64,000 bases of DNA from Chloroflexota bacterium (lineage in GTDB: Bacteria > Chloroflexota > UBA6077 > FW602-bin22 > JBCLEL01), in the NCBI GenBank assembly GCA_963664835.2, contig CAXXUG010000011.1, positions 69,434-133,433 on the forward strand, in the 5' to 3' direction. The position numbers and the translations under genes are program-made. The notes beneath the pieces were generated by a model that was not told the DNA's origin, made no database searches, and saw only the letters and a list, made by a program, of their open reading frames with translations. Below, piece after piece: positions 25,185 to 34,886 of the stretch. Numbering within the stretch: position 1 is the stretch's first letter; every line of letters starts with the position of its first letter.

Positions 25185-25964
25185 CTAGTCGGTTGTTGTT
25201 GAACCGCTCTCTTCACGCCGCCAGTGTGTTCCGCCCACCGCAATGAATGTGCGCGTCGACTCCACCGCCGGCAGGGTCTGGATCTTGTTCATTATCAGGT
25301 CGTCCAGATCGCCCTGATGATCCACCAGGACGTGGGCGACGATGTCCGTCTCACCGTAGATGACGCTTGTCTCAATGACACCGGCGAACTGCTTTAGCTC
25401 CTCGACAATCCCGTCGATCTGCTTGGCCGGAACTTTGATCAGTATGTAAGCGCGCAATCCCGCCCTCCGTCCTCTATCATTCACAGGTTGATCGACCGGG
25501 CCGAGTTCCATCTGTTTGATCCGCATGACCTGGGGAGGCGCTTCGACGACCTCCAGGCGCACCGCGCCGGCCAAGACCATGTATATGTCGCCCTCATCCG
25601 GCGCATGCATTCGCGCGATCAGGTCCACGTCCTCGCCGTACACCGCGGTCGACTCGACCACCCGATCAAAGCTGTGGAGTACCTCTTGAGCCTGGGCCAG
25701 CCGGCCGGCCGGAACTTTCGATAGCAGATACACTTGGTCTCGGTGCGCCCGCCGGAGCAACTCGACGGCGCTTTGCACCGAAAAGCCCCGCTCGTAATAC
25801 TCCCACGCCCCTTTGATCGTGTGAAGGTCATCCTCGGTGTAGTCGCGCCGAGAGATCCGCTCCTTCTTTACCTTGATCGGATGTATGTAGCCCTGCGACT
25901 CCAGGTAGTGAACGAATCGCTTGGGCAACCCCGGCACCTGGGCCCGAACTTCGCCCAGTTTCAT
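25185..25964 (-). CDS. MerR-type HTH regulator fused to two AsnC/Lrp-type (RAM-like) ligand-binding domains
   Basis: The start is set at MKLGEV (GGGGGAG SD). The MerR-like HTH is LPKRFVHYLESQGYIHPIKVKKERISRRDYTEDDLHTIK. Two internal repeats follow, each resembling the AsnC C-terminal domain: YLLSKVPAGRLAQAQEVLHSFDRVVESTAVYGEDVDLIARM and YILIKVPAKQIDGIVEELKQFAGVIETSVIYGETDIVAHV. Confidence 0.72.
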   Translation of the reverse strand: MKLGEVRAQVPGLPKRFVHYLESQGYIHPIKVKKERISRRDYTEDDLHTIKGAWEYYERGFSVQSAVELLRRAHRDQVYLLSKVPAGRLAQAQEVLHSFDRVVESTAVYGEDVDLIARMHAPDEGDIYMVLAGAVRLEVVEAPPQVMRIKQMELGPVDQPVNDRGRRAGLRAYILIKVPAKQIDGIVEELKQFAGVIETSVIYGETDIVAHVLVDHQGDLDDLIMNKIQTLPAVESTRTFIAVGGTHWRREESGSTTTD

Positions 25965-26312
25965 GAGAGTGTCTCCCCCGACAACCACCAGAATCGAGCC
26001 AAAGAAGGGACGCCGGCTGCAAATGCCATGTCATCTTCTAAGAGATTGCGATTATAGATCAAAGTTGTCCTCGGCTACGGCAGGGGATAGAGGCGACCGC
26101 CCCCTTACGTGGAGGTCGAGAGTCGCCGGCCCGGCCACACTCCTGATGACATCCAGCCGGTTCGCCCAGGAGGGTCCGCCACCGTGCGCGACGAGTCGCT
26201 AATCCGATGACCGCGCCCTCCTGATAGACTATTCTTATGTTAGCTAAGGCAAGGTGTTTCTTGCCGCTGGAATGGACGCACGCGGCATCAAGAGGTTATT
26301 GGCACGACAAGA

Positions 26313-28229
26313 ATGGTTACTGACTGGAAGCCTGGCGATCCGATTGGATACATCCGCCCTGACATTCCTGATTTTGAAATGCCGGCCTGCCAGGGCGAAC
26401 GCTACGAAGCGATGGTGCCGGACATCTTGGACCTTGCGGAACGAGCCGGTTTCGTCGTTCACGCCATGACCGAGAGCACAAACCCCCAGGCGGACTACGA
26501 GCCTTACTGGACTGTGTCCTGGACGCCAGTCCCGAGGATGGCGGCAGGCGGGTTTTCCAGTCCCAACAAGTTCCAAGAGGCTGTCTCTCTATGTCGTCTC
26601 ATGAGTGGCAGCGAGCAGAACCTCCACGTCGATCGGCGATGGATGGAGGCGACGTTGAAACAGCAGGGTCTGGACGGTCTCATATACGTTCCTTCAAAGG
26701 GACGGCCCTGGGTGGTCAGCGAGGAGCCGCGCCACATCCCCGGCTTGAGCGCGAGCGACTCCAATCCTGACCAGATCATCTCGCCGTTCGTCAACGGCCA
26801 GATCCTTCGCAACTTGTCACTGATCGTGGCGCAGGATGACCACCCGTCTTGGATCGAGACAATTCGCGGCGTTGTCGACGGGCTCGCCGCGTTAGCCGTC
26901 GACACCGGCAATTATGCCTACTACTGGCCGGGTCCTCTGTTCGCGGTCAAGGAGCGTCCAACCACCACCGGTCCCTCGTACCATTTCCACGATGTCGAAG
27001 AGAGCCTGGTTTACTGGGGACTGGTGTGCGCCTACAGATGGACCGGCTACGAACCGGCCCGTCAGCTTGCCGGCAAGCTGATCGCCTACTCCAGGGCGAC
27101 CTTTTTCACCCCTGAGGGCGAGTTCCTGACCACCCAGGAAAACTCGGTGAAAGGGCACGTCCATGCTCATGCACGGGGCCTGCTGGCAATGGCGGAGTAC
27201 GGGCTGCTGGTTGGTGACTCCGATCTGCTGCAGTTCGTCATCAAGTCATACGAGTGGGCCAGGGGCCAGATAGAGACGCTGACTGGGTACGTGCCCAATA
27301 TCCTTGATGGTCCTGAATGGCGGGGTCCCGTTATTCCCGGCGACTTGCATCCGGGCACCCACCGTTCGTTCACGTCCGCCGCCGGCGAGTTCAATGGATG
27401 CGAAATCATGGGATTGGCCGACATGCTGGCCGTCGCGCTTGTGCTGAGCGAAGCCGGCATTGCCGACTTCTGGGACGATGCCGACCGATGGACCCGCAAT
27501 ATGTTGGCCGAGGCCCAGTTGCTTCAGTCCGACTGGGTCTATCACCTACCCGGTTCGTCGAACGTGTCAATCGAAACTGCTCCGGGCGAAACAACCGAGA
27601 ACGTGCCGGAGCGATGCCTGGGAGGTTGGCCGACGGGCACTGCCCTCAATGACTGGTACGAAGCCGGCACGCCGGCCTGGTCCGAGGAAGGCGAGGGCAC
27701 CCGAGGGTTCCTCCACGGCGACACGGTGGGCGGCGGGCGGGCCATCTACTGGGTTTGGAGCCGAATACTCTCCTATAGAGATGGCTAACTGACGGTGAAC
27801 ATGCTCCTGAACCGAGCATCGCCGTGGGCGGACATCGATAGCTACATTCCGTATCAGGGCAGGGTCGAGATCAAGATGAAACAGTCCTTGGACCTTGCCA
27901 TACGCATTCCCGAATGGGTGACGCCGCAAGAAGTTCAGGTCAAAGTGAACGCGGGAGATAGAATCGTTGGTTGGGATGGACGTTACGTCAAGGTCGGCGC
28001 CGTCGGGCCGGGAGATGTGGTTGCTGTCTTCTTCCCGATAAATGAGCGGACGGACGTGGTTTACGTTCAGAAAAGAAAGTACACACTCGTGCGACGAGGC
28101 AACGAAGTAGTAGAAATCTATCCCCGCGGCAGCTACTATCCGTTCTACCGCCGCGATCACTATCGCAGCGCCGAGCCTCGCTGGCGCAAAGTCGAGCGGT
28201 TCGTCTCGTCCCAGCAGATTGACTGGTGA
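26313..28229 (+). pseudogene. DUF1680/GH127-like six-hairpin glycosidase-like gene interrupted by one in-frame TAA (27786-27788)
   Basis: ORFs 26313-27788 and 27795-28229 share one frame and are separated only by TAA. Read through, the sequence is ...ILSYRDG*LTVNMLLNRASPW...LAIRIPEWV...VKVNAG, which matches the usual linker into the C-terminal beta-sandwich of DUF1680 proteins. The family assignment is tentative. Confidence 0.5.
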
Positions 28230-28314
28230 GCCCGAATATAGTCTGGTAGCCGCGCCGTCAATCCGGCGCAATCGACAGGCCGTCGACACCCCGACCGGTA
28301 TCTCTTGAGCTCCG

Positions 28315-29484
28315 TTAACCGGTGGCTGTGCCGTCTCTGGTTGCGTCCTCTTCCGAGTTGCCAATAACATCAGCGGCCGGCGCCATCGGCAGTCCCTTTT
28401 GCCGGCGCAAGCTCTCAATCTGCCGCAGGGGTCGCTCGAGAGTACGCGTTCGTGTGCCGGTCAAATGATCGTAAGAGGTCTGGACCGATTTCAGACGTTT
28501 TCCGTGGGTATCCAGAGCTTCCTGGAACTTGCCCCACTCGTTGTTGAAACGGCCGAAGAGCGAAATGATCTCCTCCGAAGCCTGCTGAAGGGCGAAGTTG
28601 CTGGCCGCCTGCCTCACGACCGCCAACACGGCAAACAGCGTGAATGGGGAGCAACAGATGACCTTGCTCTTTAGAGCGGCGTCCAGAACTTCGGGGTCGC
28701 TCTCGTGAATGAACGAGTACACGCTCTCGTTGGGTATAAACAGTAGAACGTAGTCCACCGTTCCGCCCTCCGGATTGATGTACTCCCGAGTGGTAACTTC
28801 CTTGATCCGGGCGCGGACATCCTTGAGGAAGGCCACCTTGTACCGGTCGCGCTCCGACTCCGACTCCTCTCCCAGAAACCTGAGGTAGTTCTCGAACGGA
28901 AACTTGACGTCCATATTCATTTGCAGGCCATCGGTGAGAAGGAACACAAAATCGGGACGAGAGCCGTCCCCTTGGACCATTTCCTGCCGGCGATAGTTGA
29001 TCCCCTCGATGAATCCGAGCAGCCGGAGGATGTCGTCGGCCATGCGCTCGCCCCACTGGCCCCGGGCGCGGGTGCTGCTCAGCGCCTCGCGCAGGGTGGT
29101 CGTAGACTCTGTCAGGTCCCTGGTCTGCTGTCCTATGCCTTGCAGGTGGGTGGCCAGTTGACTGAAGCTGGCTTGGCGCTTGGTTTCGGTGTCGTTCACC
29201 AGCTTTGAGACCTGTTCCAGCCTGCTGTTCATTGCCGTCAGCTGCTGGTCGATGAGCTGCTTTTTCGTATCCAACTCACTGCTGCCGGCCTCGGTTTGGC
29301 GGGCGAACCGCTGCTCCGCCAACGACAGGAACTGCTCCGATGCCTTCGCCAGGGCGTCCTGAGAAAGCGCCTGGAACTCCGCCTTTGCCTGATCTCCGAC
29401 AATGCTCTGGTTATCTGGACTTCGCCGGGACGCTACAAACAACGCGATGACCACTGCCAGTATCGCCAATATAATCTCTGTCAA
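28315..29484 (-). CDS. rmuC: DNA recombination protein RmuC
   Basis: N-terminal TM anchor, a long coiled-coil, and the RmuC nuclease-like core (RGQWGERMADDILRLLGF...DFVFLL...VLLFIPNESVY). Confidence 0.88.
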   Translation of the reverse strand: MTEIILAILAVVIALFVASRRSPDNQSIVGDQAKAEFQALSQDALAKASEQFLSLAEQRFARQTEAGSSELDTKKQLIDQQLTAMNSRLEQVSKLVNDTETKRQASFSQLATHLQGIGQQTRDLTESTTTLREALSSTRARGQWGERMADDILRLLGFIEGINYRRQEMVQGDGSRPDFVFLLTDGLQMNMDVKFPFENYLRFLGEESESERDRYKVAFLKDVRARIKEVTTREYINPEGGTVDYVLLFIPNESVYSFIHESDPEVLDAALKSKVICCSPFTLFAVLAVVRQAASNFALQQASEEIISLFGRFNNEWGKFQEALDTHGKRLKSVQTSYDHLTGTRTRTLERPLRQIESLRRQKGLPMAPAADVIGNSEEDATRDGTATG

Positions 29485-29508
29485 ACTTTTGCCCTCACAA
29501 ATCTAAGT

Positions 29509-31263
29509 CTAGTCGAACCGGCGCGGCGTAGTCCCGCCTCGATACTTGACATCTAGCTCCACCCTCTCGATGCGAATATCGTCCACCGCCGGCTCCGTCA
29601 GCATCGGCGGCGGTGTCGATCCGGCGATTGTCGCGAGGTCGAAGCAGACTTGATCGACCGGCTCGTTGGCGACACGAACTGCCACCAGGTTCACGCCCCG
29701 AGCCATCTGGCTGGGATGAACAGCGAACACTAGCCACCCCTCTTGTACCTTTGCCGGCCCTAGCGCCACGTTGTTCAGTCGGACTTCGATTCTGGGTAGC
29801 AATTCCTTGGAGACCGGGGTCGTGTTGTAGTCAGGTTCGCCGTACCCGGACTTTCTGGCAATGCCTGGTTGGATTACCTGATCTCTGGGAAGCCCCGACG
29901 AGTTCGGATCGGACAGCAGAATACCAAGCTCGACCGACCGCACGTTTCCGGCCTCGGAATCCAGGTCGTCGCCGACGTATAGATGAAGCAGCGTAAGTCC
30001 TCGTCCGTGTTGGCCCAGACGAGCCGGCAGGGCCGACTCCATGTTTGCCAGGTGGTAGAACAGCCGCTGCGTATGGCCCTCTTCAGGAAACCCAATCATG
30101 AATGGTATCCCGCCGGCTCGTCTCTGGACCACGAATGTCTTGTCGAGTTGATGGAGGGAGTCCGCACCTCCGATCTGGCGGAACGCCTCGGCATTTCGTC
30201 GCCACTCCCAGTGGGTCTGGGTTGATTCTTGGCCCGTTGTCCAGAAACCCACTCTCTTCAACGATTCGGGCGTCGAACACGCAAAATTCATCAGGTGGAT
30301 TCCATCGGCGCCCTGTCTCAGCCAGTTGGAGGCGACTCCGCGCAAAACCTCGATCGGCGCAGCCTTGTACCCGTCCGAGGAATGATGGTCATCGTAGCTG
30401 GGATATAGCTTGATATGCCCGCCGGCGGTGAGCCGGCGGAAGGCCGGAATATCCACCTCCAGCGACCGGTCCCCCAGGACCAATATGTCGACTAAGCGTT
30501 CGTCAATCCAGGTCTCGACATCCATTCCGTCAAAATGGCAGCCCTGGACTGTCTCTGGAACCCTGGCCGCCACGATCAGCGGACGGCCTCGTTTAAGCGC
30601 CACCCCTTGAAGAGCTTGTCTAAGTAGTCGCATGCACTGGGTCAGACAGTCTCGCAACACCCACTGCTGACCGACCGGCAGATGAGGACATCCGCGCGAC
30701 CAATCGAGCAGGATGCCATCGATGTCGTAACTTTCGGCCAACTCGCACACTACTTGCTTTCTGTGCTCGTGCACCTCCGGCACCGCATAGTTCCACATGC
30801 AACCCGTCCTCTGCCAGGGAACGGTATAGATAGGATCGCCGGCCGGGTCCGGATTGAAGTTAATCAGCCGTTCAGGATGCGCCTCTTGCACCAGTGGAGG
30901 TCCATCGAGGAATTTGAGGTCCGGCGCCTGGTTCATTCGATGCGAGACGAAGACTTCTAGTCCACGCTTCCGGGACTCCCGAATGACCGATGCCACCGGG
31001 TCATTTCCCGCCGCGAGATACTCCCGGACGCTCGGGAAGGGTTCCGCAAACTGGCTCGGATGACAAACCCAGTTGCCATAGACATCCCACCAAACACTGT
31101 CTATCTGGTGGCCAGACCAGTCCGCGAACTCCATGATCGCCTCGGTCGTGGCCGCCAGCGGGGCGGCGCCGTAACGGTACAGGGCGGCATCGTAATGATT
31201 TATCAGCCGCCGCCGGCGGTTCACCGCCTCTACGTGCTCTTTGGGAAGCTGCATCCGTTCCAT
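29509..31263 (-). CDS. Hypothetical protein, possibly a TIM-barrel glycoside-hydrolase-like (GHL10-type) enzyme
   Basis: 584-aa ORF with good coding character. The motif YDIDGILLDWSRG resembles GHL-type barrels. No signal peptide. The function call is weak. Confidence 0.6.
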   Translation of the reverse strand: MERMQLPKEHVEAVNRRRRLINHYDAALYRYGAAPLAATTEAIMEFADWSGHQIDSVWWDVYGNWVCHPSQFAEPFPSVREYLAAGNDPVASVIRESRKRGLEVFVSHRMNQAPDLKFLDGPPLVQEAHPERLINFNPDPAGDPIYTVPWQRTGCMWNYAVPEVHEHRKQVVCELAESYDIDGILLDWSRGCPHLPVGQQWVLRDCLTQCMRLLRQALQGVALKRGRPLIVAARVPETVQGCHFDGMDVETWIDERLVDILVLGDRSLEVDIPAFRRLTAGGHIKLYPSYDDHHSSDGYKAAPIEVLRGVASNWLRQGADGIHLMNFACSTPESLKRVGFWTTGQESTQTHWEWRRNAEAFRQIGGADSLHQLDKTFVVQRRAGGIPFMIGFPEEGHTQRLFYHLANMESALPARLGQHGRGLTLLHLYVGDDLDSEAGNVRSVELGILLSDPNSSGLPRDQVIQPGIARKSGYGEPDYNTTPVSKELLPRIEVRLNNVALGPAKVQEGWLVFAVHPSQMARGVNLVAVRVANEPVDQVCFDLATIAGSTPPPMLTEPAVDDIRIERVELDVKYRGGTTPRRFD

Positions 31264-31640
31264 TCCCCTCCTGATTTCTCCCCTGCCAACACGATTCTCT
31301 CACGCCGGCGAGGGCAATCGCGATCGTGTAATGGTGAGACGAAGCGCTTCGAACGCCGTGCAGGAATCCCGCGAACGGGTCCGGCCGGGGGTAGAGGCGA
31401 CCAGACCAAAGATAAAGAGACCGGTACCGTTCGGAATAAGCTCACCGGCCGAGCGATCCTTGGACCGTTCATCGACAAGTCCCTCGGCAAGCGGCCATTC
31501 GCCACGGCATTCTTGTCCGGCTGGCAGGACAACTATCCAGACAAGCTCGTCTATGGCGTGCTGCGCTTACAGGCAACGCTCTTGGATCACGCGGTCTAAC
31601 CTGGGTCGAATGGCGGCTCCAACCTATTCACATATCCCAG

Positions 31641-32543
31641 TCAGGGGCCGCCTGTGATCTCCGCTGCGTCCTCAGTCCAATCCGGCCGCGGGAACCGCTC
31701 GCTCTCCGGCGTCAGCGGATAGCCGTAAGGCCTGTCCACAAACTTGGCATCCTTGTTTGTCAGTGGCCAGTTCTGACCGCCCATCGCGTAGTAGCGGTCA
31801 GACGGGCCGCTCAACCAAAACATCATTTCGGACCCAAAAACCGTGTCCCGCAACTGCCGTGTGAGCGGGTGGGACCAGTCGTTGCCATACTTGGCAGTGG
31901 CAAAGTCAAACCCCGGTTCTGTGATCCAATCTCGCTTTGGCGGCGCCGTGCGGTAATAGTTGTACTTCATCAGATTCCGCGCTCTTCCGCCGATCGTGCC
32001 GGCCGATTTGCGATGCCATACCGAATATATGGTGATGAATATGCTGCCGGCAGGCGCCGCCGTTGAGTAGGCGTTGCGGACCCTCTCATAGTGCCCCATG
32101 AAGGCGGATATCGAGTAGAGAAAATGCGAGCCAGGCAGCAACTCGGTCGGCCCCATCTCGCGAGTCACGTCCTGTGGATAGTAGAAGACCTGCAAATAGT
32201 TCAGTAGAGGGCTGCGTTCGTGATATCCGTCGGTGTGCCACTTCAGGGCCGGCGCCGGCTCGGTATGCCGGTGATTGCTCATGAGAATCGGCAGACCGAA
32301 ATCCTCGCCCAATAGAGAGCGAATCGCGCCGGCCGCCTCTGGGTTGAGGATGACATTCTCGACAAACCAAGGCTCATCGGTCAGGAGCTCACTCGGCTCT
32401 CTAATCGGATGCTCCTCGAGGTAATCGCATACACGGCGATTGATCTCGTCCGGCACAACCCCTTCAAGCCTCAGGATTCCTGATTTGCAGAACTCAAGTA
32501 CCTGGCTGTCCGTCAGAGTCGGTTCGCAATTGTGCGTCTTCAT
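31641..32543 (-). CDS. Phytanoyl-CoA dioxygenase family oxygenase (paralog 2)
   Basis: LKWHTDGYHE (HxD) and a distal WHRKSAG...R. The N-terminal LTDSQVLEFCKSGIL pattern is shared with the other paralogs. Confidence 0.78.
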   Translation of the reverse strand: MKTHNCEPTLTDSQVLEFCKSGILRLEGVVPDEINRRVCDYLEEHPIREPSELLTDEPWFVENVILNPEAAGAIRSLLGEDFGLPILMSNHRHTEPAPALKWHTDGYHERSPLLNYLQVFYYPQDVTREMGPTELLPGSHFLYSISAFMGHYERVRNAYSTAAPAGSIFITIYSVWHRKSAGTIGGRARNLMKYNYYRTAPPKRDWITEPGFDFATAKYGNDWSHPLTRQLRDTVFGSEMMFWLSGPSDRYYAMGGQNWPLTNKDAKFVDRPYGYPLTPESERFPRPDWTEDAAEITGGP

Positions 32544-32759
32544 CTCCGTCCATTCACCTCGTCTTAGATCTGCGATGGGGTGTTCAAACCGATCGTGTTT
32601 ACAAGCACCCGATTCGTCGCCATTCCCACAAGTCCGCTTGGCAGACCCCTTCGCTCGAATGCCTCAATCAAACATTCCGCAGTTTACGATAACACATTCT
32701 GCGAGCCCTGATCACTCTTACAAGGCGATGGAGCGCGTACGCCTCGCGGCAGCGGCTCG

Positions 32760-32789
32760 TTGACAGCCGGCTCGCGTTATCTCTATCAT
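32760..32789 (+). promoter_or_regulatory. Predicted sigma70-type promoter upstream of comM/yifB
   Basis: TTGACA (32760-32765), an 18-nt spacer, then TATCAT (32784-32789). A GAGGT SD precedes ATG 32821. Confidence 0.3.
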
Positions 32790-32820
32790 TTGTACTATAT
32801 TAGAGTCCGCGAGGTAACAA

Positions 32821-34344
32821 ATGACAGCTAAAGTCCTCACCGGCGCAATCCTGGGGTTGGAAGGCGAGATTATAGAGGTGGAGGCCGACGTGGGCGCTGG
32901 ACTGCCGGCGTTCCACGTGGTCGGTCTGCCCGACGCTGCCGTCCAAGAGGCTCGCGAGCGGGTACGATCGGCGATTCGAAACTCCGGCTGCGAGTTCCCC
33001 CTGCGACGCCTGACGGTGAACCTCGCGCCGGCCGACCTGCGCAAAGAGGGCCCCGGCTATGACCTGCCGATTGCGGTGGCAATCCTGGCCGCCTCAGGCC
33101 AGATTCCGCCGCCGGATGGCGATGCGTTCTTTCTGGGAGAACTCTCCTTGGACGGAAACGTCCGACATACGCAGAGCGTTTTCCCGCTGCTGAGCGTGGC
33201 GCGAGAGCACGAGCTGACAACCGCCTACGTGCCGTCCGAAGATACCCACGAAGCCGGGCTGGTGGAAGGCGTCACTGTCTATCCGGTCGAGTCATTGGCA
33301 CAGCTGGTGCAGCATCTGCGCGGAACTGAGCAGCTGTCTGCGGCGAAGGCTATCGAAGTCGACCAGGATGGCGATGTGCCAGACAGTGTGGTGGACTGGG
33401 GAGATATCGCCGGCCAGCAACACGCCAAGCGGGCGTTGGAGGTCGCCGCGGCCGGCTCCCACAACGTGCTGATGATGGGCCCTCCGGGCGCCGGCAAAAC
33501 GCTATTGGCACGAGCGGTCCCGTCGGTCATGCCGCGTATGTCGGTCGATGAGGCCTTGGACGTTACCAAGATATACAGCGTCGCCGGCATATTGCCCGTG
33601 GAGCAACCGATGATGCTCGAGCGGCCGTTTCGCGCTCCGCACCATACGATATCTCACGCCGGCCTGATCGGAGGAGGCAAATTCCCCCGGCCCGGTGAGA
33701 TCACCCTGGCCCACCGCGGCGTGCTCTTCCTGGACGAGTTGCCGGAGTTTGGGACCTACCTGCTGGAGACGCTTAGGCAGCCATTGGAGGACGGATTGCT
33801 CACTATCTCCCGGGCGAACGGATCGCTGACCTTCCCCGCCAAGGTGATGCTGGTGGGCGCGATGAACCCCTGTCCCTGCGGGTTCTACGGAGACAACCTT
33901 CAATCTTGCAGCTGTTCGTCAAGCTCGATCGTCAGGTACAGGAATCGCCTGTCCGGCCCTCTAATCGACAGGATCGACATCCACGTCGAAGTGCCTAGGG
34001 TCGAGTACGAGAAGCTCTCCGGACGTCAGCAGGCCGAGCCCTCGAAGTCGGTACGCGGACGAATTGAGGAAGCGCGAAAGCGACAGCGAGAAAGGTTCGC
34101 CGGCTCGACCAAGATCAAGAACAACGCCGAGATGGGGCCGGCTGATGTCAAGGAGCATTGCGAGCTGGACTCCGCGTCGGAAGGTCTGATGAAGTCGGCT
34201 ATGCAACAGCTGAAGCTCTCGGCGCGGGGTTTTCACCGAGTATTGAAGCTGGCGCGCACGATTGCCGACCTGACCGCCGCCGAGCGCATCGAGGTCGCCC
34301 ATCTGGCCGAGGCCCTGCAATACCGGCCGAAGCTGAACGCATAG
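32821..34344 (+). CDS. comM: YifB/ComM family Mg-chelatase-like AAA+ ATPase
   Basis: Characteristic N-terminus (LGLEGEIIEVEADVGAGLPAFHVVGLPDAAVQEARERVRSAI). Walker A is GPPGAGKT, followed by RGVLFLDELPEF and the C-terminal SARGFHRVLKLARTIADL. Confidence 0.92.
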   Translation: MTAKVLTGAILGLEGEIIEVEADVGAGLPAFHVVGLPDAAVQEARERVRSAIRNSGCEFPLRRLTVNLAPADLRKEGPGYDLPIAVAILAASGQIPPPDGDAFFLGELSLDGNVRHTQSVFPLLSVAREHELTTAYVPSEDTHEAGLVEGVTVYPVESLAQLVQHLRGTEQLSAAKAIEVDQDGDVPDSVVDWGDIAGQQHAKRALEVAAAGSHNVLMMGPPGAGKTLLARAVPSVMPRMSVDEALDVTKIYSVAGILPVEQPMMLERPFRAPHHTISHAGLIGGGKFPRPGEITLAHRGVLFLDELPEFGTYLLETLRQPLEDGLLTISRANGSLTFPAKVMLVGAMNPCPCGFYGDNLQSCSCSSSSIVRYRNRLSGPLIDRIDIHVEVPRVEYEKLSGRQQAEPSKSVRGRIEEARKRQRERFAGSTKIKNNAEMGPADVKEHCELDSASEGLMKSAMQQLKLSARGFHRVLKLARTIADLTAAERIEVAHLAEALQYRPKLNA

Positions 34345-34452
34345 CGATTAGACATTAGTACGAAAATGCGCCCTCCAATCGACCTTAATGCCGGCAGTCC
34401 GCGAACAAAACGCGTCGATTTGTAGCCCGATGGTCGATAGCGGAACGAAATA

Positions 34453-34600
34453 ATGTAGCGCGGTCGAAGACTACGCGAGGCGAGGGGCTTGTCCCCCGCT
34501 CGAAGCAGTCCGGCTACCACGCCTAGACCCGAGACACCGTGTAGAAGACCCTCCAACCGGCGCCCCGGTTTTCACAACTTGGTGTGCCGGCGCAAGCCGG
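34453..34600 (+). repeat. Intergenic structured repeat, copy A (candidate sRNA or MITE-like element)
   Basis: The 49-nt core at 34453-34501 matches the reverse complement of 56568-56616 at 46 of 49 positions. A second conserved block at 34540-34579 matches 56491-56529. The core folds into hairpins, and the differences fall in a loop or give G-U pairs. Confidence 0.6.
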
Positions 34601-34706
34601 CATGGGCGATTGCTAGGTCTTGCTTTGTAACTCCCTGACGACTCCTGACCGTTTGTCGCCGCGAATTCGGGAGATGATGACCGAAGGCCCCTCGCCGCTT
34701 TGCGCC

Positions 34707-34886
34707 TAGATGAAGAACAGTCTAATCAGTATGCCCACCATGCCGACTATTAGCGCTCCAAGCAAGACATAAACAGCGGTAAACCGGGCATTCATGTTGT
34801 TGTTCATGTCGCCGATACGCTTGTCGATCTTTTCGCAAATTCCCTCTAGCTTGCTCACTCGCGCTGCAAGTGATGTTGCGGCCATA
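34707..34886 (-). CDS. Unlisted 59-aa ORF: small protein with a coiled N-terminus and a C-terminal TM helix
   Basis: Hand translation gives MAATSLAARVSKLEGICEKIDKRIGDMNNNMNARFTAVYVLLGALIVGMVGILIRLFFI*. A GAGGA SD lies about 6 nt upstream. The ORF falls below the 60-aa cutoff of the supplied track. Confidence 0.4.

Noticed and set aside
26085-26101. A shared GG.TAGAGGCGACC string, also present at about 31386-31402.
   Set aside because: The match is only about 11-13 nt with no extended similarity, which is compatible with chance.
27567-28418. A 283-aa minus-strand ORF that spans the end of the DUF1680-like gene and the start region of rmuC.
   Set aside because: It is antisense to two better-supported genes, is Arg/Ala/Pro-rich, and shows no motif.
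31264-31640. A 377-bp gap upstream of the 584-aa hypothetical gene, examined on the minus strand for a riboswitch. A TCTGGATAGTTGTCCTGCCAGCC stretch vaguely recalls the TPP aptamer.
   Set aside because: The other conserved TPP elements (a CUGAGA-type J3/2 and pairing partners) are missing, and no other riboswitch consensus was recognised.
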